From a virus, in IMG/VR virus record IMGVR_UViG_3300046001_004063, positions 1 to 64,000 of that record: 64,000 nt of DNA. One strand, 5' to 3'. Positions 45,673 to 54,161 of this stretch are shown in pieces. The stretch's first letter is position 1. Each line of letters opens with the position of its first letter. The notes under the pieces were generated by a model. That model saw only the letters and a list, made by a program, of their open reading frames with translations. It did no database searches and was not told where the DNA came from. The translations under genes and the position numbers were made by a program.

Positions 45673-45962
45673 CTGGCTGCGGGCACAGGAGCATCCGCTT
45701 TGACATCAATTGGATGTCCATTTTCGTTAAACAGTCGTTCGATGATGTTGGCATAGTGCTGGTAATAATAACTCACAACAGTGTCCCACACTCTAGGAAC
45801 TTGTACACCGTTCATGCTACATTTTTCGACTTTTAATTTTTTAAAATCTAAAATTACACTGGCAGTTTGAATATCGCTGGTTTTTAATCTTGTGGCCACA
45901 GTCATAACTTCGTCAGTTTGACCATTTGCTTTTTTGTAATAGGTAAGGATTAGATATCTCAT
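45669..45962 (-). CDS. Hypothetical protein
   Basis: 97 aa; TAAATA 4 nt before ATG. Confidence 0.7.
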   Translation of the reverse strand: MRYLILTYYKKANGQTDEVMTVATRLKTSDIQTASVILDFKKLKVEKCSMNGVQVPRVWDTVVSYYYQHYANIIERLFNENGHPIDVKADAPVPAAS

Positions 45963-45969
45963 GGTGTAT

Positions 45970-46503
45970 TTAAATGATTATTGGAGTCTTGTCAAAAATT
46001 AAAAAACAATCGCCGTTTAGCGAATTTGTTATAAATGGGCGCAACATTTGATATGTCAACTGCATCTGGTAATTATTTGCCATGTGCAAAGTCAGTTGGG
46101 CAAATGCCTGTTCTGGACTCAATGCTGTTCTATTCCAGTTAATAAAGATAGAATTAATACCAAGAATTAAACGTCCACCGGGTAATAGATTATCACACAA
46201 ATGGCCTAACTGGTGTGCGTACTCAGCTATAGAGTTATACCGCAGTTCAAATACATTCAAAGCTAGAATGTTATTAAACGAATTTACCGCGTCGGGACGT
46301 TGATCCAGCAAGTTTTCGTGTATTGTTAAATTAGGAATCCAGTTTTGAAATCTAGCACCAAAAGAATTCCATGCAAGTGTGGTTCCGGGTATAATAAATT
46401 TAGTAACAATTCGATCTCGTGGCAATAGTTGATCACTATGTCGATAGTGATACCACACTGCATCCCAGTGATTGATCATTGACCGAAGTTTAGTTTTGTT
46501 CAT
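45970..46503 (-). CDS. Degenerate methyltransferase-like protein (start moved to MNKTKL)
   Basis: FNNILALN...NLLPGGRLILG...NGDCFLIFDK. Confidence 0.55.
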   Translation of the reverse strand: MNKTKLRSMINHWDAVWYHYRHSDQLLPRDRIVTKFIIPGTTLAWNSFGARFQNWIPNLTIHENLLDQRPDAVNSFNNILALNVFELRYNSIAEYAHQLGHLCDNLLPGGRLILGINSIFINWNRTALSPEQAFAQLTLHMANNYQMQLTYQMLRPFITNSLNGDCFLIFDKTPIII

Positions 46504-47002
46504 GTTTGGCCAACCAAAATCTGTTGTTGCCATGCACCCAGTTACCAATGCCGCCGCGTTCGTCAGGAATATAACAATACTTGTTAATTTTAAAGTTAGG
46601 TAGTTTGCGTTGAACGTACAGTGGCAATGCTGAATCGAAATCATGATTGATCAACGTCGAGTCAGGAGTATCCACACGAATACACCACTTGTTCAGCGCC
46701 ATGTAAATTTGTCCATTGGGTAACAATTGATCAACCAAATTGTCTATCTTGTGACACAGATCTCCAAGCTCTACAATCTGTGTGTTGTTAAAATACATTA
46801 TTAAATCCCAGGGTGCAGATCCTTTGGAGAATTGATCCCATAAACGTTGTTGTTGTCCCACCGTATCCCACTCAGCATACTCACTGATATTTAACACACT
46901 AGATAATTGTTGTTTGCCAAACCAGTTGTTAAACTCGTTCTCTTGTTGGGATTGCATGCGACAAGATTTTTTTAGTTGAGTACGTGTATGCAGTCTGTTC
47001 AT
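46490..47002 (-). CDS. Degenerate methyltransferase-like protein
   Basis: WDLIMYF...QLLPNGQIYMAL...GNWVHG. Confidence 0.55.
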   Translation of the reverse strand: MNRLHTRTQLKKSCRMQSQQENEFNNWFGKQQLSSVLNISEYAEWDTVGQQQRLWDQFSKGSAPWDLIMYFNNTQIVELGDLCHKIDNLVDQLLPNGQIYMALNKWCIRVDTPDSTLINHDFDSALPLYVQRKLPNFKINKYCYIPDERGGIGNWVHGNNRFWLAKHEQN

Positions 47003-47868
47003 TGTTGATAAAATTTTACTAACGCACGACCAATTAAATCATCCTGATCAGGCACAGTGTCTTTATTAAACTGGTAATACGTTAAGTTTGATTGAGTTTT
47101 ATAGAAACTGCTATACAACTCTTGTAATCCTTGCAAATTGGCCACAGTGCTGTTTAAAAAACTTGCCACATTACGCATAGTTAATTCAAATGTGGTCCAC
47201 TTTGTCAAACACTCAATATTGAAATTAAATATGCGATTATCTACTGCTGGTTTATTAAAGGTTTTACCATATAAATTGAAATCTTGTTGAAACAACTGCA
47301 CCAGGGCATCTTCCACTAGTTGATCTAAGTCTCCACCACGATCTCTGAACTGATCTATTGTGGCGTTATCAAACAAACTGTTTTTATAAATGCTACCCTG
47401 TTTGTGAGACAATGCTTTATGTATTAAATTGGCATATCCCACTAATCTATCTACAAAGTTAGGCATGTATGATCGAATCATTGTGCCATTGGGCCACATA
47501 GACAACAGATATCGATGGTTATCAATTACTGACGTATCACAAAGCACCAGGAATTTTTTTCCGTCTTGTATTTGTTGCCATGCTGATTGGTCAGTGACTG
47601 TTGGAGTATAATTGTAGTCTGAATAACTTTTTAAATGTTTACCAAGTTGTCCTGCTAGGTAATATGTCGAAACATACTTGGCTGTAGAATGAGAATCACC
47701 AGTGCGACTAAACGTAAAGTTGTCATTGCTGATTTTAACCGTGTTGTCAATATGATTGCTGATTGCGTGGAACATAAAGTTACCATACGCACCACCGCGA
47801 TAATGAATTAATACCGCATTAGTGGAATTAAAATCAGCAATCATATTACCCAATTTGTCCGAGTTCAA
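46999..47868 (-). CDS. Hypothetical protein, possible P-loop/sulfotransferase-like fold
   Basis: LIHYRGGAYGNFM...TGDSH; AT-rich. Confidence 0.55.
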   Translation of the reverse strand: MNSDKLGNMIADFNSTNAVLIHYRGGAYGNFMFHAISNHIDNTVKISNDNFTFSRTGDSHSTAKYVSTYYLAGQLGKHLKSYSDYNYTPTVTDQSAWQQIQDGKKFLVLCDTSVIDNHRYLLSMWPNGTMIRSYMPNFVDRLVGYANLIHKALSHKQGSIYKNSLFDNATIDQFRDRGGDLDQLVEDALVQLFQQDFNLYGKTFNKPAVDNRIFNFNIECLTKWTTFELTMRNVASFLNSTVANLQGLQELYSSFYKTQSNLTYYQFNKDTVPDQDDLIGRALVKFYQQ

Positions 47869-48769
47869 TCAATGTTGCACTGAGATTAATTTCTTGATCT
47901 GCTACCAAGGGAATGTTGGCAATACCATTGCGAATAATGATAATTGCTTGGTCTTGCTTTTCAACATCTCGACTCCACAGATCAAGATTATCATACATCC
48001 AGCGGAATGTAACGTCTGCTTCTTCTGGAGTGCTTTGTTGACACAGCAATGTACGTGCTTCACGAATCTTGCCTGCTTTGAACAAGCCCACACAGTCCAG
48101 TTTCCAGTCGCCTACCGAACGATCAGTCACACTTGGCGCCAACAGCGTGCCAGTTTGACTGTTTTGTTGTGTTAGATTCAAACACTTACGCAGGTCTGGA
48201 TAAGTGGCTTTGACATAACTGTCCAAGGTGTCGATGTCGAACTCCACGCCTTCTGTGACCAGCACAGTGGCCGCACGGGCAGTGAACTCTGTGTGATCTG
48301 TTTTGGGAATGGCAATATGCTGACAACGACTGTGGATTGGTGGCAGGATCTTGTTGGGATAGTTACAGGTCAAAATAAACCGCACACTGTGACTGTAGTC
48401 TTCCATCAAGTTACGCATGGCCGGTTGTACACTGCTGGGATTCATGTAGTCTGCTTCATCAATCAGCACAACCTTGAATCGTCCAAATGGCATGGTCTGA
48501 CAGAAAGAGATCAGTTTGTCAACCCATTCAATCTTACGTGCTTCTTTACTGCCGTTAGCATACAGCACATCGTATTCGTCAACACCCAGTTCATTGATCA
48601 ACACTTTGGCCAAGGTTGTTTTACCTGTGCCCGGCCCGCCACTGAACAACAGGTGCGGAATGGTTCCATCTTTGATCCAAGCTGCCACTTGTTGTCTATG
48701 ATTATCATCAATAAACACATAGTCGCTGACTGCGGTTGGTCTATATTTTTCTGTCCAGAGTTGTTTCAT
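47846..48769 (-). CDS. Sliding-clamp loader AAA+ subunit (T4 gp44/RFC-like)
   Basis: LWTEKYRP, GGPGTGKT, LIDEAD, FILTCNY, SRC. Confidence 0.93.
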   Translation of the reverse strand: MKQLWTEKYRPTAVSDYVFIDDNHRQQVAAWIKDGTIPHLLFSGGPGTGKTTLAKVLINELGVDEYDVLYANGSKEARKIEWVDKLISFCQTMPFGRFKVVLIDEADYMNPSSVQPAMRNLMEDYSHSVRFILTCNYPNKILPPIHSRCQHIAIPKTDHTEFTARAATVLVTEGVEFDIDTLDSYVKATYPDLRKCLNLTQQNSQTGTLLAPSVTDRSVGDWKLDCVGLFKAGKIREARTLLCQQSTPEEADVTFRWMYDNLDLWSRDVEKQDQAIIIIRNGIANIPLVADQEINLSATLIELGQIG

Positions 48770-48800
48770 GTTATTGCAATTTGTTGTTTCATTGTTGACA

Positions 48801-48829
48801 ATTATAACACCAAGAGCGGCATGTGTCTA
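48801..48829 (-). promoter_or_regulatory. Sigma70-type promoter
   Basis: TAGACA-17nt-TATAAT with extended TG. Confidence 0.7.
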
Positions 48830-49309
48830 CTAGTTTGGAGCAGTTAATGTTTTAAATGTTTCCGCGGCTGCTACACGTTTGCGGAGACTACTTGATGAAA
48901 AGGAATGGTCTCGTCCATTGAACACCAATTCAATACCACGCTGATTACCTTCCCATTGTCCGGTAAAATCTTTTTCTTGATATTCTACTCCCAAAATGCG
49001 TACATCCAAGGGAAGAATTAACAACAGGTCAATTAGGTCCTGTTCAGTTTGATACACAACAACTTCGTCAACATAACGGCAGGCAGCCAATTGAATTTGA
49101 CGTTCTACAATGCTTTGAACAGGCTTGTTTTTGGTGTCAGGTCGATCAATCGTGGGATCGGTTTGTAATCCGCAAATTAGATAATCACAATGATTCTTTG
49201 CTTCACTCAGCATGGCAATATGTCCTGCGTGAAGCATGTCAAATGTGCTGAAGGTAATGCCAATTTTCTTGCCGTCAGCCTTGAGTTTTTTAATATGATT
49301 AAAAATCAT
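48830..49309 (-). CDS. Glycerol-3-phosphate cytidylyltransferase-like (TagD/RfaE-like)
   Basis: TFDMLHAGH, GLQTDP, YVDEV, RDHSFSSSSLR. Confidence 0.88.
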   Translation of the reverse strand: MIFNHIKKLKADGKKIGITFSTFDMLHAGHIAMLSEAKNHCDYLICGLQTDPTIDRPDTKNKPVQSIVERQIQLAACRYVDEVVVYQTEQDLIDLLLILPLDVRILGVEYQEKDFTGQWEGNQRGIELVFNGRDHSFSSSSLRKRVAAAETFKTLTAPN

Positions 49310-49701
49310 TAGGCAAATCTATGTTTGGATTCCACGTGTTCGGCTGTGCCCATTGTGTCGTCCTGTGGCTGTTCGTCTGACACTAGTAAAATGTCATTGG
49401 GATCAATGCGCCGGATGGTACGTTCAACACCGTTATCATCGATTTCAATACCACGTGTCCAACGACCGTGTGCCACGCAGATCCAGTTGCCTGGTCGAAC
49501 ATCCTGTTGCTCCGGGCCCACTGCATACACCTGAGCCCAGCGTGGACGAATACCTAGACCTGTTCCGTTGTCGTTTAACAGCACAATACCAGAACTTGTT
49601 TGTCGCATGTCAAAAGACATATCGCTGACAATTACAGCATCACGCAATGGCTCGAGACTGCTGGCTGATAATTTATATGGTGCAAATGCGGCTTTACTCA
49701 T
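49309..49701 (-). CDS. GroES-like co-chaperonin (T4 gp31-like role inferred)
   Basis: LEPLRDAVIV...TSSGIVL...VYAVGP...V.PG...DIL. Confidence 0.8.
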   Translation of the reverse strand: MSKAAFAPYKLSASSLEPLRDAVIVSDMSFDMRQTSSGIVLLNDNGTGLGIRPRWAQVYAVGPEQQDVRPGNWICVAHGRWTRGIEIDDNGVERTIRRIDPNDILLVSDEQPQDDTMGTAEHVESKHRFA

Positions 49702-49710
49702 TGATTCCTC

Positions 49711-50286
49711 TTAGATTTTGTTAACGCCAGGCTTGTTTTGTGCCATTTGACGTGGTGTTTTAATTAATTCTTGTTTGACTGTTTGTGCTTTGGCAATGGC
49801 TGCTGCCAATCCACCACGTGGAATAGGTTTTGCAGGTTCTTGTGCTAGTTCTGGAATGGCAGCTTCTAGTTCGGCAAGTTCTTCTAATGATTCGATTTCT
49901 GGAATTTCTTCAACGTCGACAGGTTCTGGCGCAGGTTGTATCTTATCATGCACAGATACTAACCGCTCATCATTGTATGCATCCAACACTGAATCACTTA
50001 CAACTTTTTCTTTGCGTTTCTTAATCTTGGCTTTTTCTGCCTGTTGCTTTTTGGCAACTGCGGTGCTGGTGGTGGGCTCCATTGCTGATGTGTTTGTGCT
50101 CTGCTTCTGATAGTGTTTTTGTACTTGTTTGTTCTTGGACTCAATCACGCGGTTGGCACTATCAAGTGTATCACCACGAGCATTAACATTCATGTTGCCA
50201 ACTGCACGGACGTTTTCGTTTTCTAACATCAATGCGCCAATGTCAACCACACGCCCCATAGCCGATTTATATATTTTTTGTGCCAT
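49711..50286 (-). CDS. Hypothetical phage protein
   Basis: YKSAMGRVVD...AVGNMNVNARGD; TAAATA and SD upstream. Confidence 0.7.
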   Translation of the reverse strand: MAQKIYKSAMGRVVDIGALMLENENVRAVGNMNVNARGDTLDSANRVIESKNKQVQKHYQKQSTNTSAMEPTTSTAVAKKQQAEKAKIKKRKEKVVSDSVLDAYNDERLVSVHDKIQPAPEPVDVEEIPEIESLEELAELEAAIPELAQEPAKPIPRGGLAAAIAKAQTVKQELIKTPRQMAQNKPGVNKI

Positions 50287-50313
50287 AACTATTCCTTTGA
50301 AATATATGTATAT

Positions 50314-50823
50314 TTAACGTAGAAACTCTTCCACATCTAAATTATAGTACATGCTGTCAATTCGATGTACCTGTAATTTGTACAGTACATAACTGGCCAC
50401 ACTGGATCCACGCCCAACACCCCATACTATCTTGTGTTCGGTCATTACGTCAACCATGTACACCATAAAACGTAATAGATTAAACAGACCACGTTCTTGA
50501 TACAACAACAACTCTTTGCCGCAACGCTGTAGTTCTGCTTCGGTACCGCATAATCCCAGCACATGTGCCGCAATGTCCATGTTTTTGTATTGATCGGGCA
50601 TGTGCCATGCGGCTTGTTGCTGTGCGTGAAAGTCGTTGGAATTGGTACGCTCTTTTTCATAGAACCATTGTGGAACTGGATCTAACAATTCATTCAAGTA
50701 CTTTAATTCCACAGTTGAATCAACGATCATCCCACTGAGTTCTGTCGGCGTGTGACCTTTCATCACAAGATCGCACACATCATCTTGGGTGTAAATTAAC
50801 TCACCAACGTTATTTTGTTTCAT
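50314..50823 (-). CDS. Stand-alone fragment of DNA polymerase III alpha (DnaE)-like domain (start moved to MKQNN)
   Basis: R...EL...YMVDVM......WGVGRGSSVASYVLY.L.VHRID...Y.L..EEFL matches the DnaE GPGRGS region. Confidence 0.75.
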   Translation of the reverse strand: MKQNNVGELIYTQDDVCDLVMKGHTPTELSGMIVDSTVELKYLNELLDPVPQWFYEKERTNSNDFHAQQQAAWHMPDQYKNMDIAAHVLGLCGTEAELQRCGKELLLYQERGLFNLLRFMVYMVDVMTEHKIVWGVGRGSSVASYVLYKLQVHRIDSMYYNLDVEEFLR

Positions 50824-51421
50824 CTTTATTAAAATTAACAAACACAATAGTGTTACCGGTGTCTTCGGAACTGGGTTCATCGTCCTCGGGCCACTGTAGT
50901 TCTAATTCTCTCCAGGATGATACGGCACCCAGGCTCATGATGTTTTCTGTTTCGGATATCTTATTATTGTAGTGCATCAAGTTGGCGTCGTGCCACCAGC
51001 CCTTTTGATCATATGGACCAATTGGCTCTTCGTCACTGTGCATGTACGTTACTTCGCCACCAAGTTCACTGCTGACCTCAACTTCGCCAATGATCATGCG
51101 GTCTTCACAAATGGCATTTAGTTTGCAGTATAGCATGATACCAATCAGTTGGTCAACCGGTTCATCTGGTAAGGTGGTGATCTTGACACCGGCATTGGCC
51201 AACAGTTTGCATTGTTCTTCATTGCTGCCATTGATAAACACACTGGATTCTAGTGAGTCTGCAATGAAAAATTTAATACGATCAAATGCAACATTGTGAC
51301 TTTCACCATCCATTGTTGTGGTCATCATCCATAAACGAACCCGGTAATTGTTCATTCTCAGCATGCCGTCAAAATAACACCCGGCCATGAAGTCAATGGA
51401 GTATTGTAGTCTTACATTCAT
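50810..51421 (-). CDS. Hypothetical phage protein
   Basis: 203 aa; LPDEPVDQ...KLNAI; coupled to neighbours. Confidence 0.7.
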   Translation of the reverse strand: MNVRLQYSIDFMAGCYFDGMLRMNNYRVRLWMMTTTMDGESHNVAFDRIKFFIADSLESSVFINGSNEEQCKLLANAGVKITTLPDEPVDQLIGIMLYCKLNAICEDRMIIGEVEVSSELGGEVTYMHSDEEPIGPYDQKGWWHDANLMHYNNKISETENIMSLGAVSSWRELELQWPEDDEPSSEDTGNTIVFVNFNKDETK

Positions 51422-51666
51422 GATATATCAATGATTTGATCAAAGTTGGGACCTCGCCCGTCTTTGTCATTTTGTTTGTTAAACAGAGCTGTGGATTTCT
51501 CTGTGTACTTGGTTTGATATGTTTCGATTGCCATTTGAATTTGGCGCACCAGTTCAGTATTGCCCATTCTAATAGCAATACCCATTTTTTTGTTGAGTTC
51601 TGATATTTTGGAGCCTAGCTCATCAATGGTCAATGAGTCTACGCTGTTTATTAACGGATGTTCCAT
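51418..51666 (-). CDS. Hypothetical coiled-coil protein
   Basis: MEHPL...IIDIS; preceded by a sigma70 promoter. Confidence 0.7.
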   Translation of the reverse strand: MEHPLINSVDSLTIDELGSKISELNKKMGIAIRMGNTELVRQIQMAIETYQTKYTEKSTALFNKQNDKDGRGPNFDQIIDIS

Positions 51667-51672
51667 GCGTTA

Positions 51673-51705
51673 ATTGTACAGCAGGTTGACAGCAAAGTCA
51701 ACCTG
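51673..51705 (-). promoter_or_regulatory. Sigma70 promoter embedded in a 9-bp inverted repeat
   Basis: TTGACT-17nt-TACAAT, 6 nt to ATG; CAGGTTGAC-6nt-GTCAACCTG. Confidence 0.75.
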
Positions 51706-51710
51706 TTTGG

Positions 51711-52619
51711 TCAGGCAAACACTGCTCCGTTGTTGCCGATGCAATACCATTTGGAGTTTGTGTACATTAGTGTAACTGCATCACCAATGTCGTTGAATGT
51801 AATGGTGCCTGTACCACTTGACTTCCATCCTGCGTTGGTCACAGTAACAACCATATCACCAGTGTCACCGGCCATTGCTAGTACTTTAACTTGCCCATCT
51901 GTGCCAGCAGCCAATGTTGCTGTTTCGGCAGCGGCAGTTGTAAAATAACTGGTAGTTTTTGTCAGACTTGCGGCAGCGGCACTGGCTAAGTCTTCGCTTC
52001 CGGTCAAGAACAATGGATTTGTATACAAATTGCGAGGGCGAGTTAGTTCACTTAGATAAACTGTGTTGCCACCATCGTCTGTGTGGAATTGAAATTCATA
52101 TGTGCCTGTTTGAGCAAATGTAATAATGTTGCTGGCGAAGCCTTCGATACCCGTGACACTGGCAGAGGCTGCGCCATTACCAACAGCAGCCGGCAATGTC
52201 AAGGTGTGTGCAGTACTGGCCACAGTAACTCGAACAGTGACAAAACTCAGTGTGCCTGCGGCAGAAAAGTTAGTGAATGCCAAACTGATGCTGCCACCAG
52301 TTGTTACAGTTTGGTAATGACCGGCAGCATAGTTGATGCCAACACTTCCACTGAGTGTACCCAGTGCTACACGAGTCAAGGACATGTCTTGTAATTGCGC
52401 ATTGCTTAACACAGATCCGTTCATGTTGTTGTCAAGCACAGTTCCTGTCAGTGCGGCTTTTAACACAGCATAAGATTGCAATTGACTAATTTCGTCAGCG
52501 GCAAACTGGAAATTGGTCTTGGTATTGGTGAAGTTGTCGCGAAAACCTTGCGAATTGTTATCTTGCCCGGCTACAGGGTATGCGCCGTCGATGTTGTTGG
52601 GGTTAATGTTTGATGACAT
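51711..52619 (-). CDS. Virion structural protein (baseplate/tail-associated)
   Basis: YPVAGQDNNSQGFRDNF; T/G/S-rich beta domains; C-terminal GDAVTLMYTNSKWY. Confidence 0.7.
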   Translation of the reverse strand: MSSNINPNNIDGAYPVAGQDNNSQGFRDNFTNTKTNFQFAADEISQLQSYAVLKAALTGTVLDNNMNGSVLSNAQLQDMSLTRVALGTLSGSVGINYAAGHYQTVTTGGSISLAFTNFSAAGTLSFVTVRVTVASTAHTLTLPAAVGNGAASASVTGIEGFASNIITFAQTGTYEFQFHTDDGGNTVYLSELTRPRNLYTNPLFLTGSEDLASAAAASLTKTTSYFTTAAAETATLAAGTDGQVKVLAMAGDTGDMVVTVTNAGWKSSGTGTITFNDIGDAVTLMYTNSKWYCIGNNGAVFA

Positions 52620-52670
52620 TTGTTTATCCTAATTTGTTAGTGTATTTAGCACGATTATACGTTGCTTAAA

Positions 52671-54146
52671 TTATCCTATGTACCAATTGGAGCCGTCGCT
52701 CCACACAGGAACAACATTTGATCCTCCGGATCCTACTAGTGTTCCAAAATTGCTGGCAGCAACCAAGTTAGCATTGTTAATAAATGCGCGAGCACCTGCT
52801 ACGGCTGTCAAGTTGGCCAATGCAGTAGGTGTTGTTTTTACTGCACCAGAAACATAGGCATTTCCGTTAACGCTGAGTGTGTCAACAGGAGTGGCATTGC
52901 CAATGCCAACATTGCCGTTGATGTCAACTGTGACACGAGTTACGCCTCCTGTTTCAATTGATATCGGAAGATATGAGGCAGTTCCTGTTTTTGTAGATCT
53001 TAGTAACACATTACTAGATGTAGCAACAATTGCCAAAACTCCAGCATTGCCGACATCGGATGAGTTGTATCCTCCAAACCCTGCAGTAGTGTCTGTGCCA
53101 CTGGGCATAGCCCCAACCAATGTGGTACTATTTGCAACTGATGTTTGGAATACTGTTCTAGTGGCCGGGCCGCTGCTGAAATCGCCATAGATCTTTTTAC
53201 CAGCGGGTATTGCTATGTTCCCACCTATGACATTACCTGTGGCCGATATGTTCCCACCTGTGACATTACCTGTGGCCGATATGTTCCCACCTGTGACATT
53301 ACCTGTGGCCGATATGTCCCCAATTGTGTTAATGTCTCCGTGAACCGATAAATCATCTAAAACAGACACAGCAGTTGAATCATCGCTAGCAATAGTGTTG
53401 ATCACAAGATTGTATCCAGAAATATTGCCTGCAACATCAGCACCTGTGCTGGTCACAACCAACACATTACTAGTTCCATTCACTCCAATTGTTACGTTAC
53501 CGTTTGTGTTGGTAATGTCAACATTGCTTGATCCATTTTTAATACTGTTAACAGTGATATCAGTACCGATGAAGTTTCCAGTGACTGTTAAATTGTTTAT
53601 GACAGCATTGCCTACTACATCAAGTGAATCAGAAATTAAATCGCCAACTACTTCTAATCCATCGTTGACAGTCACGTATGTTGAATCATCGCTGTAAATA
53701 TAATTGACTGTAAGATTACCTGTGTTGACATTGCCACCGTTGATGTTGCCCACGGCTGTTATTAATCCTGCTGTTACCAAGTTGCCACCTGTAACGTTGC
53801 CAGTGGCACTGACATTTACAAATGCTAAATTTGCAACTGCCAATGTGCCGTTGATAATGATATTGTTACCTGTGATATTTCCAGTGACACTTACATTTGT
53901 ACCTGTATAATTAACACCAATTACAGCATTGGCCCTGACAATACCATTGGTAGAGACATTGCCAGCTGTCACATTACCATACGCAGACAAACTGTTCAGT
54001 GTGCCAACATCGGTAATATTGCTTTGATTGTTGCCAGTTACATAAGTTGCTGTGAGAGTACTAGCACTCACATTGGCAAAGTTTGCATCCAACTCACTGA
54101 GTGGTATGTTGCCGGATTGTGTTGCGAAATTAAAAGGAACGGTCAT
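52671..54146 (-). CDS. Tail fibre/spike-like protein with GNVTGGN repeats
   Basis: LSELDANF N-terminal motif; beta-helix-type repeats; GNVGIG..TP; C-terminal VPVWSDGSNWYIG. Confidence 0.75.
   Translation of the reverse strand: MTVPFNFATQSGNIPLSELDANFANVSASTLTATYVTGNNQSNITDVGTLNSLSAYGNVTAGNVSTNGIVRANAVIGVNYTGTNVSVTGNITGNNIIINGTLAVANLAFVNVSATGNVTGGNLVTAGLITAVGNINGGNVNTGNLTVNYIYSDDSTYVTVNDGLEVVGDLISDSLDVVGNAVINNLTVTGNFIGTDITVNSIKNGSSNVDITNTNGNVTIGVNGTSNVLVVTSTGADVAGNISGYNLVINTIASDDSTAVSVLDDLSVHGDINTIGDISATGNVTGGNISATGNVTGGNISATGNVIGGNIAIPAGKKIYGDFSSGPATRTVFQTSVANSTTLVGAMPSGTDTTAGFGGYNSSDVGNAGVLAIVATSSNVLLRSTKTGTASYLPISIETGGVTRVTVDINGNVGIGNATPVDTLSVNGNAYVSGAVKTTPTALANLTAVAGARAFINNANLVAASNFGTLVGSGGSNVVPVWSDGSNWYIG
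53215..53317. repeat. 33-bp tandem repeat x3 encoding ISATGNV(T/I)GGN
   Basis: ATGTTCCCACCTGTGACATTACCTGTGGCCGAT; two perfect copies and one with a single mismatch. Confidence 0.92.
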
Positions 54147-54161
54147 TGTTATCTTTCTTTG

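Noticed and set aside
36528-49309. Bacterial chromosomal origin suggested by host-like genes (tctC, tagD-like, phoH, clpA, infA, erpA)
   Set aside because: They are interspersed with phage replication, lysis and tail genes under the same promoter motifs, which is consistent with auxiliary genes of a large phage
53215-53317. 33-bp repeats as a CRISPR array
   Set aside because: Head-to-tail with no spacers and in frame within a fibre gene; no cas genes seen
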